A stretch of DNA of 64,000 nt from an uncultured Planctomycetaceae bacterium (GCA_963813715.1 CAWFAK010000005.1:1312001-1376000), one strand, 5' to 3'. Counted from the first letter of the stretch, positions 33,352 through 43,956 are shown. The notes: generated from the letters alone by a model not told the origin. A program made the numbers and translations.

Positions 33352-33586
33352 TTCCCTTCCCGAATCCATTCGACCGTCGCGACCGCCTGCCGGGGCGTTC
33401 CGCGCGATCAGACGGCGAGCCTCATGACGCCGTTCTCCAGGGATGACACCGACCGGATGAAGTTTCCGACATCCGTCGGGCGGCAGTTCATGCGGCAGTA
33501 TAGACGAAAGAGGCCGCTTTTCAGAAGCCGTTTGGGAAGGCGAAGCCCGTTACGCGGTCTTTTTTGGTCCGCCGGCACAAGGCGTT

Positions 33587-34432
33587 TCAGAACGCGACCA
33601 GCGCCTCAGCAACGGCGAACTCGCGCTGCGGATCGGTCTTGAGGCGGACCGCCGCGTGATCCGGATCGTGATCCGAAAGGGCCCACCAGCCTTGCTGCTC
33701 GATCTCTCCCAAGAGCACGGGCTTGATCCGGCGGGCCTGCAGCAGATCCATATCGAAAGACATGCACCAGAGTGACGGCAAGTGTCGCCACGTCGGGCAT
33801 GCGTCGGCGAGGTAAACAGCCGCCTGGCCGCCGTCATAGATGAACAAAGCCATTTGACCGTCTGTGTGGCCGCCCGTGATTCGCGCGTGAATGCCCGACA
33901 CGATATCGACGTCGCCGTCGACCAGCCGCAGTTGCCCTGACGCCTCCAGTGGTTTGATGTTTTCCAGCGGATAGGCGGCTCGCAGCTCGGGATAGCCGGC
34001 CGTCGCAATTTCCCACTCGCGCCGCTGGACCACGTATTCGGCTCGTGGGAACGTGGTCACCAGCTGGTCCCCCTCCCGCCGAACGCCGCCCCCCGCGTGA
34101 TCGAAATGCAAATGCGAGAGGATGACGACGTCGATGTCTTCCGGCTTGAGCCTCTGCTCCGCCAGGCTGGTCACGATGGGGTTGCCCGCTTCGGCCGCCA
34201 GGATGGCCCGCTCTTTGTCCGGAATCTTGGGGCCGTAGCCGGTGTCGATCAGGATTTTCTGGCGGCCCGTTTGCACGAGCACGCAGTTGGTGGCCTGAGG
34301 GATGCAATTGTGCGCGTCGACGCTGATCAGCTTCGACCAGAGGACTTTGGGAACAACGCCGAACATTGCCCCGCCATCGGAGCGAAACCGCCCCCCGGAA
34401 ACCGTGGTGACGGTGAATTTTCCCAGTTGCAT
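33587..34432 (-). CDS. MBL-fold metallo-hydrolase (YtnP-like)
   Basis: DGGAMFGVVP, IDTG, SHLHFDHAGG, GHT, HD. Confidence 0.92.
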   Translation of the reverse strand: MQLGKFTVTTVSGGRFRSDGGAMFGVVPKVLWSKLISVDAHNCIPQATNCVLVQTGRQKILIDTGYGPKIPDKERAILAAEAGNPIVTSLAEQRLKPEDIDVVILSHLHFDHAGGGVRREGDQLVTTFPRAEYVVQRREWEIATAGYPELRAAYPLENIKPLEASGQLRLVDGDVDIVSGIHARITGGHTDGQMALFIYDGGQAAVYLADACPTWRHLPSLWCMSFDMDLLQARRIKPVLLGEIEQQGWWALSDHDPDHAAVRLKTDPQREFAVAEALVAF

Positions 34433-34483
34433 GGCTTGTGATGTTTTCGGCTGGAGGTGGGAACCGCTGGCCCGGGCGCCCGT

Positions 34484-36211
34484 TCAGGCCGTCTCGGCCT
34501 GCCGGAGGCCCAGTTCCTCGATCATGATTTCCCGCATACGAAACTTCTGAATCTTGCCGGTGACCGTCTGCGGGAATTCCTGCACGAGACGGATGTGCCG
34601 CGGCACCTTGTAGTGCGCCAACGACCTCTTGCAGAAGGCGCGGATCTCGTCCTCCGTGATCTGTTGGCCGTCGCGGATTTTGACCCACGCAGCCACATTC
34701 TCCACGAACTTGGGATCGGGAACCCCGAACACGGCCACGTTCTCGACCAACGGATGCGTGTACAGGAACTCTTCGATCTCGCGAGGGTAAATGTTCTCGC
34801 CGCCGCGGCAGATCATGTCCTTGATCCGCCCCGTAATGCGATAGCAGCCGTTGGGCAGCCGCAGGGCCAGGTCGCCCGAATGCAGCCAGCCTTCGCGGTC
34901 AATAGCGGCGGCCGTGGCCTCGGGCATTTTGTAATAACCGAGCATGACGCCGTGTCCGCGAGCGCAAAGCTCTCCTTGCTCGTCATCGGGCAGGCTGTGG
35001 CCGTCGGGGTTGACGAGCTTAACCTCCCAGCCGGGCAGCGGACGTCCCACCGTCTGCACACGCAGCTCGAGCGAATCGTTGGTGCGGGTCTGCGTGATCA
35101 CGGGCGATGTCTCGGTCAGCCCGTAGGCGATCGTCATTTCCCGCACGCCCATGTGGTCTACGACGCGTTTCATCAGCTCAATCGGGCACGGGCTGCCCGC
35201 CATGATGCCGGTACGCAGCGACTTGAGATCGCGACCCGCGAAGCTCGGATGCTCGAGTTGGGCGATGAACATCGTGGGGACGCCGTAGATCGTCGTGGCC
35301 CGTTCCGCCTCGATGGCGTTGAGGGTCGCCTCCGGATCGAAATGCTGGGCGGGAATGATCATCGCGGCGCCACGCGCGAGACAACACAACACGCCGACCA
35401 CGCACCCGAAGCAATGATAAAACGGCACCGGAATACAGATCCGATCTTTCTCGGTGATTCGCTGGCAGTCGCCGATGTAGTAGCCGTTGAGCAGCAGGTT
35501 GCGGTGGGTGAGCATCGCCCCCTTGGGGAAGCCGGTCGTCCCCGACGTATATTGGATATTGATGGGATCCGTCGGTTGCGGCAGCGCCTCGCGCTCGGCT
35601 AACTCCCGATCGGAAATCCCCTCGCCGCCGCCGAGAAAGGCCTCCCACGACCACATGCCTGGCGCGGTGGCCGGCTTCATGGCGACAACTTGTTTCAGTC
35701 GCGGAAAGTCGCCGCTTTTGAGCTGTCCCGGCCGGGCGTGCTTCAGCTCGGGAATGGCTTCATTCACCATCCCGAAGTAATCCGACGTGCGAAACGCGTC
35801 GATGAGAAACAGGGCGCACGCATCCGACTGCTTCAAGACGTAGGCCAGTTCGTGCGTGCGATAGGCCGGATTGATCAGCACCATCACCGCGCCGATGCGG
35901 GCGGTGGCAAACTGCAGGAGCAGCCAATTAGGCCAGTTCGTCGCCCAAACCGCGACGTGATCGCCCTTGCCGATCCCCAGAGCCAGGAGCCCTTTGGCGA
36001 CCCGATCGACCTTGGCATCCAGGTCGCGATACGAAACTCGCAAGGCCCGCCGGCGGCGCTCCGCGGGCGTCAGATTCGCCGGCAGCATTTGCTCCGACGC
36101 ATCGAGCTCCGTGAACACGAATGCATCCGCATCGGGATGCGCTTTCGCCGTGCGGCGCACCGCGGCGCCGATCGTCAAACCTTCGACCCACGGCGTTTCG
36201 TCGGCCGCCAT
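34484..36211 (-). CDS. AMP-binding acyl-CoA synthetase
   Basis: QYTSGTTGFPKG, YGLTETSP, HSGD, GRIKD, GKIQK. Confidence 0.93.
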   Translation of the reverse strand: MAADETPWVEGLTIGAAVRRTAKAHPDADAFVFTELDASEQMLPANLTPAERRRRALRVSYRDLDAKVDRVAKGLLALGIGKGDHVAVWATNWPNWLLLQFATARIGAVMVLINPAYRTHELAYVLKQSDACALFLIDAFRTSDYFGMVNEAIPELKHARPGQLKSGDFPRLKQVVAMKPATAPGMWSWEAFLGGGEGISDRELAEREALPQPTDPINIQYTSGTTGFPKGAMLTHRNLLLNGYYIGDCQRITEKDRICIPVPFYHCFGCVVGVLCCLARGAAMIIPAQHFDPEATLNAIEAERATTIYGVPTMFIAQLEHPSFAGRDLKSLRTGIMAGSPCPIELMKRVVDHMGVREMTIAYGLTETSPVITQTRTNDSLELRVQTVGRPLPGWEVKLVNPDGHSLPDDEQGELCARGHGVMLGYYKMPEATAAAIDREGWLHSGDLALRLPNGCYRITGRIKDMICRGGENIYPREIEEFLYTHPLVENVAVFGVPDPKFVENVAAWVKIRDGQQITEDEIRAFCKRSLAHYKVPRHIRLVQEFPQTVTGKIQKFRMREIMIEELGLRQAETA

Positions 36212-36440
36212 TGGCCACTCCTTCGTCCGCCAGTTGTTTTCGGGCCGGACGCCAGACCTAAATTCTTGCCCAAAATGCGCGGCCTTATAGTACATCGCTG
36301 AATCGAGCCGCGAAAAGCCCTTCTGTTTGCGCCGGGACCGTTTGCGACGAACCGGTCTTTGCCGTTTCTAGCCCCCCGGCTACGATCCGCCGGCTGGACG
36401 CGGCAGTCCAGCCATCGACGCCACGAAACCACCTGAGGCG

Positions 36441-37118
36441 ATGTCCCTCATGACGACATTGAGCCCCGTCAAAACGGATGCCGGCCAAGCGGTCGCCGTT
36501 CGCCCGTCGCTCAAGAACTCGCGGGCCTATCAGTACCGCATTCCGCTGACGGCCGTCGTGTTGATCGGATCCTGGTTGTGGGTGATGCTCACTCCGCCAG
36601 CGATCGACGAGAGCCAGCCCCTGGTCTGGTTCCTCGACGCAGCCGCCTGGGGTGCGTTTGCCGTGGGAGCGCTCGTGCGGATTTGGGCCACGCTGTGGAT
36701 CGGCGGCCGGAAGAAGCACACCATTGTCGACGACGGGCCCTATCGGGTCTGCCGCAATCCGCTCTACCTGGGCACCTTCGCAATGGTGTTAGGCGTCGCG
36801 TTGTTCCTCAAGAGCGCTGTCTTTGCCGGCGGGTTGGCGTTCGTCTGGTTCCTTTACGTGTGGTATGTCGTGCCCGCCGAAGAGCATTATATGCGGGGCC
36901 GGTTTGCCGCAGCCTATGACGACTATTGCCACCGGGTGCCGCGGTGGCTGCCCCAGTTTAGCCTGCTGCGACGCAACGAAATCCTCCGACCGGTGGCCGA
37001 CCGCGGTGCCGTCTCTCGAGAATTCTTGCGAATGGTGTGGTGGGTCTTGTTGCCGGTGCTCGCCCTCGTGACCTGCCACTGTCGCGGCACCGCTTGGTGG
37101 GAAGCGTTCACGGGTTAA
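36441..37118 (+). CDS. Isoprenylcysteine carboxylmethyltransferase / PEMT family membrane methyltransferase
   Basis: RIWA, GPYRVCRNPLYLG, EE..M..RF..Y..Y...VPRW.P. Confidence 0.88.
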   Translation: MSLMTTLSPVKTDAGQAVAVRPSLKNSRAYQYRIPLTAVVLIGSWLWVMLTPPAIDESQPLVWFLDAAAWGAFAVGALVRIWATLWIGGRKKHTIVDDGPYRVCRNPLYLGTFAMVLGVALFLKSAVFAGGLAFVWFLYVWYVVPAEEHYMRGRFAAAYDDYCHRVPRWLPQFSLLRRNEILRPVADRGAVSREFLRMVWWVLLPVLALVTCHCRGTAWWEAFTG

Positions 37119-37294
37119 GACACGCGGGCCGCTGTCGGCGGGCATTACGAACTCTCTGGTTGCGCTGGCGCAGGGCCGAACCCTTTGGCTACCGCCGCGT
37201 CTCTGACAGCGCAATCGACGAGTCGCAGACTGGATTGCGTCGCGAGCTTTGGGCGATGTAACGCTCTTTTCGCTCTTCTTCTGCCGTTCCGCCT

Positions 37295-38257
37295 TTGAAT
37301 TTGAGGCCCCACGTGCCTTCCGAGCGGACCTTGGCTTCCGTGCTGGTTGTCGATGATTCGGCGACCGACCGCCGGCTCGTCGGCGGCCTGCTGCAACGGG
37401 CGGGCGGCCTCGCCGTCGAATACGCCGTCGACGGCAAAGACGCCATCAATCGGTTCCAGGATTCGATCCCCGATCTCGTCGTCACCGATCTGATCATGCC
37501 CGAGCTGGACGGACTGGGCCTCGTCGCCGCGATCAAGAGCGAGTTCCCGCTGGTGCCAGTCATACTCATGACGGCGCGGGGCAACGAGGAAGTCGCCGTC
37601 GCCGCGCTTCGCGAGGGGGCGGCCGGATATGTCCCAAAACGCATCCTCGCTCACGACCTCGTGCCGACGGCCAAACGCATCCTGGCGGCCTCGCGCGAAG
37701 ATCGTTCGCTCTCGCGGCTGATGCATCGCATGGTGCAGAACCACTCTTCGTTTGTCCTCGACAGCGATCCGAGCTTGATCCCCTTGTTGCTTGGCTATCT
37801 GCAGCAAACAATCCGCAGCGTGCGCTTGGCGGACGAGCTCGATCGCTTGCGGATCCGTCTGGCCATCGAAGAGGCGCTGCTCAACGCGCTCTATCGCGGC
37901 AATCTCGAAGTCAGCTCGCGTCTGCAGCAGTCCGATGCCGCCGCCTACGATGAGCTCGTCCGGACTCGCATGAGCGAAGCTCCCTATTGCAATCGCCACA
38001 CGTTCGTCTCCTGGACGATTTCACGCGACGGGCTGGAGATCGCGATCCGCGACGAGGGGCCCGGCTTCGATCCACAGTCCGCTGACGGCCGGTCGGAAGC
38101 CGTCGACTTCGACACAGTCTTCGGGCGCGGGACGCTCATCATGCGGACCTTCATGGACGAGGTCCGCTACAGCCCGTCCGGCAACGAAGTGACGCTCATC
38201 AAGCATGCTGCGGCGGTTGTCGAAGTGGCGGCCGACCAAGCCGAGGTGGTTGACTGA
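37295..38257 (+). CDS. Response regulator receiver fused to an anti-sigma-factor-type HATPase domain
   Basis: VLVVDDS, TDLIMPELDG, MTA, YVPK; EALLNA..GN, IRDEGPGFDP, GRG..IM..FMDEV. Confidence 0.9.
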   Translation: MNLRPHVPSERTLASVLVVDDSATDRRLVGGLLQRAGGLAVEYAVDGKDAINRFQDSIPDLVVTDLIMPELDGLGLVAAIKSEFPLVPVILMTARGNEEVAVAALREGAAGYVPKRILAHDLVPTAKRILAASREDRSLSRLMHRMVQNHSSFVLDSDPSLIPLLLGYLQQTIRSVRLADELDRLRIRLAIEEALLNALYRGNLEVSSRLQQSDAAAYDELVRTRMSEAPYCNRHTFVSWTISRDGLEIAIRDEGPGFDPQSADGRSEAVDFDTVFGRGTLIMRTFMDEVRYSPSGNEVTLIKHAAAVVEVAADQAEVVD

Positions 38258-38713
38258 CGTCATCCCGGATTGAGGAACGGCAAAAAGCCGCACCTCGCCC
38301 CGATTTTGACTCCCTCTCCGTGTGCAAATTCTGCATCACGCAGGGGTAACCGGTGCCGATTGGGTAGCCCGTTCCGGTGGGCAACGCGTCGGCAATCTCC
38401 GCCCAACCGATATCCGTAAACCTATGCTGCTAAAGCTGGTTGCGTTCGATTAGTGTACAGACGCGGCCGTTCGTTCGCGCGCAAACTTTGGCTCCCGCCG
38501 TCCCCTTTGCGTAAGTCGTGGTCATTTGACCACTTCGGACGATCGTCGCCGAGCCGCCGTGAGAGGGCGTCTCGGGTCCAAAGACGGGTCAAGGCACAGG
38601 CAAAATCCGAAGCTGGCCATGGTCTATGACTTGCGGTGTACACCTTGCGAGTGTTTTTTCGATCGGCTTAGCATGGATCCAGACAAGTTTCGCCAACAGG
38701 GACTGTTCCGGCC

Positions 38714-39403
38714 ATGCGTCGCCTCGCTCGCTCTCACCGCCGTCCCGCGCCCCAGCGGGTCGTTTTTCCGCCCCGGTCTTTGAACAAGGCCGGGCTGCGG
38801 CCGGCGGCCGGATTCCGCCAACGGCTCCCGGAGACCAGCTATTCGGAGGGCTTTGGAGCCCCGGAAGCCTGGCACGAATCGGTCGGGCGGAGCGAGATCA
38901 AGTTCGTGGTCGAGCCGGCGGGTGAGGGCTACGTCCACCCGGTCACGACCGCAGAAGTGGCCGAGCGGATCGCTCAGCTTCCCAAGCGGTTCCGCGCTCG
39001 TCTCGAAGTTGTGCAGTTCAGTCGAATGACGCGGAAGCGGGCCCTCTTTCCCTGCTATGGAATGCAGTGGGGCACCGCCGTGTACCTCTATCCGATCGAG
39101 GCCACGTTCGTTGAACATTACATGCGACCGCCTCGTCCCGAGCAGCTGATCGAGGCTCGGATGTACGGCGGCCAGTGGCAGCAGGCCGACCGCGGCTGGA
39201 ACCTGGTGTGGACGGCCGACTCGGTCCGAGACTTCTATCTCAACAATGTGCTGATCCACGAAATCGGGCACACCGTCGACGATCGCAACGGCGGCTATAT
39301 CGACCGTGAACGCTTCGCGAACTGGTTCGCCGTCGAATACGGCTATCGCGCCTCTCGCGGTCGCCGGTCGGTCCAATCCCACACACGGCGCCCGAGCCGA
39401 TAG
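38714..39403 (+). CDS. Hypothetical protein with an HEXXH (zincin-like) motif
   Basis: VLIHEIGH...ERFANWFA. Confidence 0.7.
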   Translation: MRRLARSHRRPAPQRVVFPPRSLNKAGLRPAAGFRQRLPETSYSEGFGAPEAWHESVGRSEIKFVVEPAGEGYVHPVTTAEVAERIAQLPKRFRARLEVVQFSRMTRKRALFPCYGMQWGTAVYLYPIEATFVEHYMRPPRPEQLIEARMYGGQWQQADRGWNLVWTADSVRDFYLNNVLIHEIGHTVDDRNGGYIDRERFANWFAVEYGYRASRGRRSVQSHTRRPSR

Positions 39404-39405
39404 CT

Positions 39406-39960
39406 TCAAGTCGGCAATCCGTGCTCCTGACGGATGCGCCGGACCTCTTGCACCACTTCCTGAATCAGCTCGCCGTTGCGATCGATCGCTCGATATTCAC
39501 GGACGTTCACGGCCATGTTGACGACCAGCGTCAGCACGGCAAACGCGAGGTGCAAGGTCGAAGGGGAAAGCTCGTGTCCGCCGGGAAGCATCCAGTTCCC
39601 CCGATCGACGGCGCTGGCCCCAAGCGGGATATTCAAAATCAGCACGACCAAGCAGCAGACCATCGGGGGAATCGTTCGGTACTTCAGCCGCCGGTTTTCC
39701 TCGATCCAGCGTGCGTCGAGCTTGTAGGCCAGCCGAACTTCATCCATCCAACGGCTGGTCCCCATGAAGTAGGTCAGCAGCACGGCATGCACGAGCGCGG
39801 CAAAGATCAAGGCGGCCACGGAAAGCAGCAAGTGATAGCTCATCAGGCGACGCGTTGAAGCCGCCACGCTCCGCGCATCGCCGATCTCATAGCCCATCAC
39901 GAACGCTGCGATCAACAGCAGCGTGCTGACGACCGCTAAAGTGAGAAAGGTCCGTTTCAT
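39406..39960 (-). CDS. Four-helix membrane protein with conserved-looking histidines
   Basis: TM helices; YHLL, VHA..TYFMGT.RW, LH. Confidence 0.75.
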   Translation of the reverse strand: MKRTFLTLAVVSTLLLIAAFVMGYEIGDARSVAASTRRLMSYHLLLSVAALIFAALVHAVLLTYFMGTSRWMDEVRLAYKLDARWIEENRRLKYRTIPPMVCCLVVLILNIPLGASAVDRGNWMLPGGHELSPSTLHLAFAVLTLVVNMAVNVREYRAIDRNGELIQEVVQEVRRIRQEHGLPT

Positions 39961-40237
39961 CGACGACTGATCCCGCTCATCGAGACGCGGGCTCTCGAGG
40001 TGGACTGCTGGACTGGGAAACTGGCCTCAACTCTGAGGTCGGCACTCCGCTGAAGCCAACTCTCGCGGACCGGGAATCGTCGCGGATCATGCCGCTCGCG
40101 TAAGGTTGTGCCGACTCTGCCTGCCGTGGTTCAATTCCAATCGCAGCCATGCTCAGCTTGCGGCGCTGCCGACCGCGAGGTGGCGATTGGCAACGATCTG
40201 AATTCTAGAGTGTTGGCCACACGATGAAAAAGGTCCG

Positions 40238-41356
40238 ATGAAAATCACGCGAATCGACACGTTTCCGGTCAGCATTCCGCTCAAGCCCGAGCGGCGGATG
40301 GTCTCGGCCCTCGGGCAGTACGACGTGTCGCACTACGTGCTCGTCCGAATCTCCACCGATGCGGGGATCGAAGGGGCTGGCGAAGCGACCGTGCTGCCGC
40401 GGTGGAGCGGTGAAACCGTCTGGGGCGCGCAGGCTTTGATCGATCGCGTGTTGGCTCCTCAGCTCGTTGGTTGCGATCCGACCGATCTCGATGACATCGC
40501 CGCGCGAATGGACGAAGCGGCCGAGGACAATTGGTTCGCCAAGTCCGCACTCGAAATGGCGTGCTGGGATATCTGCGGCAAGGATTTCGGGAAGCCGGTT
40601 TACGAATTGCTCGGCGGGCCAGTGCGACCGACGATCCTGCGATGCCGCTTCTCAATGGGGGCCTACGAGCCCGAACGCGCCCGTCGGCGAGCCCAGGAAC
40701 TGATTGCCGCCGGATTCGACACGATCAAGGTGAAGGTCGGCACCGAGGTCGCGCGCGATGTCGAGCGCGTGCGGGTCGTTCGTGAGGCGATCGGACCAGT
40801 GCCGGCCATGGTCATCGACGCCAATTGTGGCTATGACGCCAAGACGGCCATCGCCATGGCTCACGAAATTGAGACGTGCAACGTCGCGCTATTCGAGCAG
40901 CCGACGCCCCGCGGCGACTTTGAGGCGCTGGCCGAGGTTCGCCGGGCGATCCGGCCGCAGGTGATGGCGGACGATATCTGTTTCGACTTTGCCGACGCGG
41001 TGGAATGCGTCCGCCATCGGGCCTGCGACGTCATCAGCGTCTATCCTGGCAAGAACGGCGGCATCGCCAAGTCGAAGCGGATTGTCGACTATGCCGGCCT
41101 GCACGGCGTAGCCTGCACGATCGGCTCGAACCTCGAGTTGGATGTCGCCTCGGCAGCGATGTGCCATCTGGTGGTTGCCTGTCGGAACATCAATGTCGAA
41201 AAGTATCCGGGCGACATTATGGGGCCGGATTACCACGCGATTTCGGTTGTCAAAGAACCGCTGGAAATCCGGGGCCCCTCGATCGCCATCAGCGACCGGC
41301 CCGGTTTGGGAATCGAGGTCGACTGGCAGACCGTCGCAGCCCACCCGTGCCAATGA
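40238..41356 (+). CDS. Enolase-superfamily enzyme, muconate-lactonizing subgroup
   Basis: GAGEA, GKPVYELLGG, KVKVG, DAN, EQP, ADD, GKNGG, PGLGI. Confidence 0.9.
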   Translation: MKITRIDTFPVSIPLKPERRMVSALGQYDVSHYVLVRISTDAGIEGAGEATVLPRWSGETVWGAQALIDRVLAPQLVGCDPTDLDDIAARMDEAAEDNWFAKSALEMACWDICGKDFGKPVYELLGGPVRPTILRCRFSMGAYEPERARRRAQELIAAGFDTIKVKVGTEVARDVERVRVVREAIGPVPAMVIDANCGYDAKTAIAMAHEIETCNVALFEQPTPRGDFEALAEVRRAIRPQVMADDICFDFADAVECVRHRACDVISVYPGKNGGIAKSKRIVDYAGLHGVACTIGSNLELDVASAAMCHLVVACRNINVEKYPGDIMGPDYHAISVVKEPLEIRGPSIAISDRPGLGIEVDWQTVAAHPCQ

Positions 41357-41520
41357 CCAATTCGGATTCCGGCGGGAAGAAAACGGGCCTTCCCCCGCCG
41401 GCGGCGTTCGGGCAAAGATCCGGTCCAAATCCCCTGTGAACCCTTGTGGCGGAAAAGAATTTCGATCACGATAAGTTCAAGCTGCATTTTGACTTCTGAC
41501 AATTCGTTAAGAGTTCGCCG

Positions 41521-41550
41521 GGAACTGTCAGCCTGAAAAGTGCGTCCTAA
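41521..41550 (+). promoter_or_regulatory. Candidate ECF sigma promoter
   Basis: GGAAC-N17-CGTCcTAA about 50 nt upstream of an anti-sigma-like gene. Confidence 0.45.
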
Positions 41551-41598
41551 GGCTAGTTGCAAGCGCGCGTGATGACGCGCATGCGCTGATACTCTCTC

Positions 41599-43173
41599 AT
41601 GAGCTCCGCGAACCCCAACGATCTTTTGTCGGCTTATTTCGACCGCGAGGCGGCTCCGTCCGAGGAGACCGCCGCGAAGTCGCTCGTTAAGGGTTCGCCC
41701 GAGGCTGCGCGTGAAATTCGCGAATATGGGCGACTATCGCGGACCCTCCAGGGGTTGCCCCGAGTGGTCGCTCCGACCGAATTTGCCGCCGCTGTCATGC
41801 AACGGGCTGAGCGTGAGAGCCTCATTCCGCTCGATTCGGTCGCCTCGCGGCCCCTGGTCAAGCCCCTCGGAGTCGGAGGATTTCTCCGCCGACAGTGGAC
41901 GCTGGTGGTCGCCTCATCCATCTCGCTCGTGGCCGGCCTGCTGATCGCCATCATGATTTGGCCGCACGGGTTCGACGCCGGACCTTCTCGCCCGATCTCC
42001 GGTAATTTCGCCGCGGCTCCACGCGACGAGTTCCGCCGCGAAACCACGGCGTCAGGCGAATCCCGCATTGCCCCGAAGGCCGCTCCGACAGTCAACGCAC
42101 CGATGCTGGCCAAAGGCGGCGTGGCGGCACTCGCGGCAAAGCAGTCGCCGCCAAAGTCTCGTGAATCGGCCCTGATGCTGCCGGCCAATCTGAAGACTGC
42201 CAAGGTCGGAGACGTCGTCGAGGCCCTGCAACAGGACGGTCAGCAAGTGGCCGTCGTCCGTCTGACGGTCGTCAACCAGGTCGAAGGACTCGATGGAGTC
42301 CAAAGCCTGCTGGTCCGCAACACCAGTCGGACACTGCAGAACGTCGAGGAGATCAAGCGCCTCCGCCAGCAATTTGGGGCCGGAAAGTCCGCCGAGGTGC
42401 CGAAATCGGCCGTGCCTCAATCTCCGGGCGACCTGATCTGCGTGTACGTGGAGGGTTCGCGCGAGGAAATGCTGGGCGTCCTGAGCGACCTGCAGAACGA
42501 GAGCCATTTCCCAGCGGCCGAACTGACCAACACGATTTCCTTCACGGCGTTGGAAGAATATGCACGCCACGCCGTTCCGCCGCAGAATGGCGAGCGAACG
42601 GCCGCGGATGGCGAGGCCGCCAGGGGAGCAGTTGCTCAGACCCCAGCAAAACCAACTGGCTCACAAATGGCGGTGAGCCTGCCCGCTGCGACCGTCAATA
42701 AGATCCTGTCGGCCGGCCAACCGTCGGCAAGGGGGTGGGGACAGCCGTCGTCGACGTCGCAAGCTCAACAGACTCCGGCTCCGCTGTTTGCCGCTTCACC
42801 CAAGTCAGACGCGGAACAGTTAAAGGCTGACAAGCAAACTGCTCCGAAGGCGGACCAGCCCGGGGACAAACAGCGCAACGCCCTTGTGGCGCGCCGAAAA
42901 GCTCCTACTCCCGCGGGTGCGCGGGGTGGCGCGAGCCTATCCGACCGCTGGCAGAAGGAATCCCAAGAGGTCGCCGGCGACCAAAGGTCCTTCCAAATCT
43001 TCTTCGTGCTCACCGACCAATCGCAGAGCCCGGCGGCTCCCGCCGCGTCGGATGCTGCAAAATCGGCCGCCGCGACGCCGAAACCGACCACAGCCGCTCA
43101 AGCGGCTCCGGCAAAGCAAACGACTCCGAGCGAAGCCCCGGCAAAGCCGGCCGCGCCGAATTCAGGGCCATAG
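41599..43173 (+). CDS. Anti-sigma-factor-like single-pass membrane protein
   Basis: N-term DLLSAYFD.E...L..LP (anti-sigma-domain-like), TM helix, long low-complexity extracytoplasmic tail. Confidence 0.7.
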   Translation: MSSANPNDLLSAYFDREAAPSEETAAKSLVKGSPEAAREIREYGRLSRTLQGLPRVVAPTEFAAAVMQRAERESLIPLDSVASRPLVKPLGVGGFLRRQWTLVVASSISLVAGLLIAIMIWPHGFDAGPSRPISGNFAAAPRDEFRRETTASGESRIAPKAAPTVNAPMLAKGGVAALAAKQSPPKSRESALMLPANLKTAKVGDVVEALQQDGQQVAVVRLTVVNQVEGLDGVQSLLVRNTSRTLQNVEEIKRLRQQFGAGKSAEVPKSAVPQSPGDLICVYVEGSREEMLGVLSDLQNESHFPAAELTNTISFTALEEYARHAVPPQNGERTAADGEAARGAVAQTPAKPTGSQMAVSLPAATVNKILSAGQPSARGWGQPSSTSQAQQTPAPLFAASPKSDAEQLKADKQTAPKADQPGDKQRNALVARRKAPTPAGARGGASLSDRWQKESQEVAGDQRSFQIFFVLTDQSQSPAAPAASDAAKSAAATPKPTTAAQAAPAKQTTPSEAPAKPAAPNSGP

Positions 43174-43387
43174 GTCCCGCGACATCGGTTCCTCGCCTGA
43201 ATTCGCCCTTCGCTGAGTGGGCGGCTTCGAGAGTCCCCCGGCGATCGGAATCTGGCGCGTCGCCTGAACCCGCGCGATCGGCTATGCTCTCTGAAGACTG
43301 CAGAGACTGCGCGAGTCCAGATTTAGCAGCGGCTCGTTGCTTCCAAGTCTCGAACTTATCTCCCTGCAAAACTCGCGGCGAAACCCG

Positions 43388-43900
43388 ATGCGAATTCGCT
43401 TTTTCTTGCTGGCGTGGATCGGCCTGGCACTCGTGGTCGGATGCAACTCGGCCAAGGACGCCTATCACGAAGTGCCCAAGGGAGTTCGCGTTAAGGAGCA
43501 GCCGCACGAGCACGAAGAAGGGCCGCACCACGGGCATCTGGTGGAGCTGGGAGAAGAGGAATACCACGCCGAGGTCGTGTTCGATCCGAAGACCGCGACA
43601 ATCACGATCTACACGCTCGATTCGACCGCCAAGAAGCCGGCACCGACGGACGCCAAGGAACTCAAGCTCGAGCTGGCGATCGCCGGTCAACCCAAGTCCT
43701 TTGCGGCCAAAGCCGTTCCCGATGCGGGTGACCCGCCCAACAAGTCGTCTCGCTTTGAGGTGGCCGACAATCCCGACGTCAAAACGAATCTCAAGGACGA
43801 AGAGGACCTAAAGGGAAGCGTGACGGCGAAGATCGGCGGAAAAACGTACACAGGCAAGATCGTGCACGAGCACGAACATGGACACGAGCCAGCGAAATGA
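43388..43900 (+). CDS. His-rich lipoprotein, possibly metal-binding
   Basis: Lipobox VVGC; HEHEEGPHHGHLVELG..YHAE; C-terminal HEHEHGH. Confidence 0.8.
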   Translation: MRIRFFLLAWIGLALVVGCNSAKDAYHEVPKGVRVKEQPHEHEEGPHHGHLVELGEEEYHAEVVFDPKTATITIYTLDSTAKKPAPTDAKELKLELAIAGQPKSFAAKAVPDAGDPPNKSSRFEVADNPDVKTNLKDEEDLKGSVTAKIGGKTYTGKIVHEHEHGHEPAK

Positions 43901-43956
43901 ACCCTGAATCGAATTGAGCACTGCGGCGAAATAAACCCCGCGACGAGCGCGCCAGA

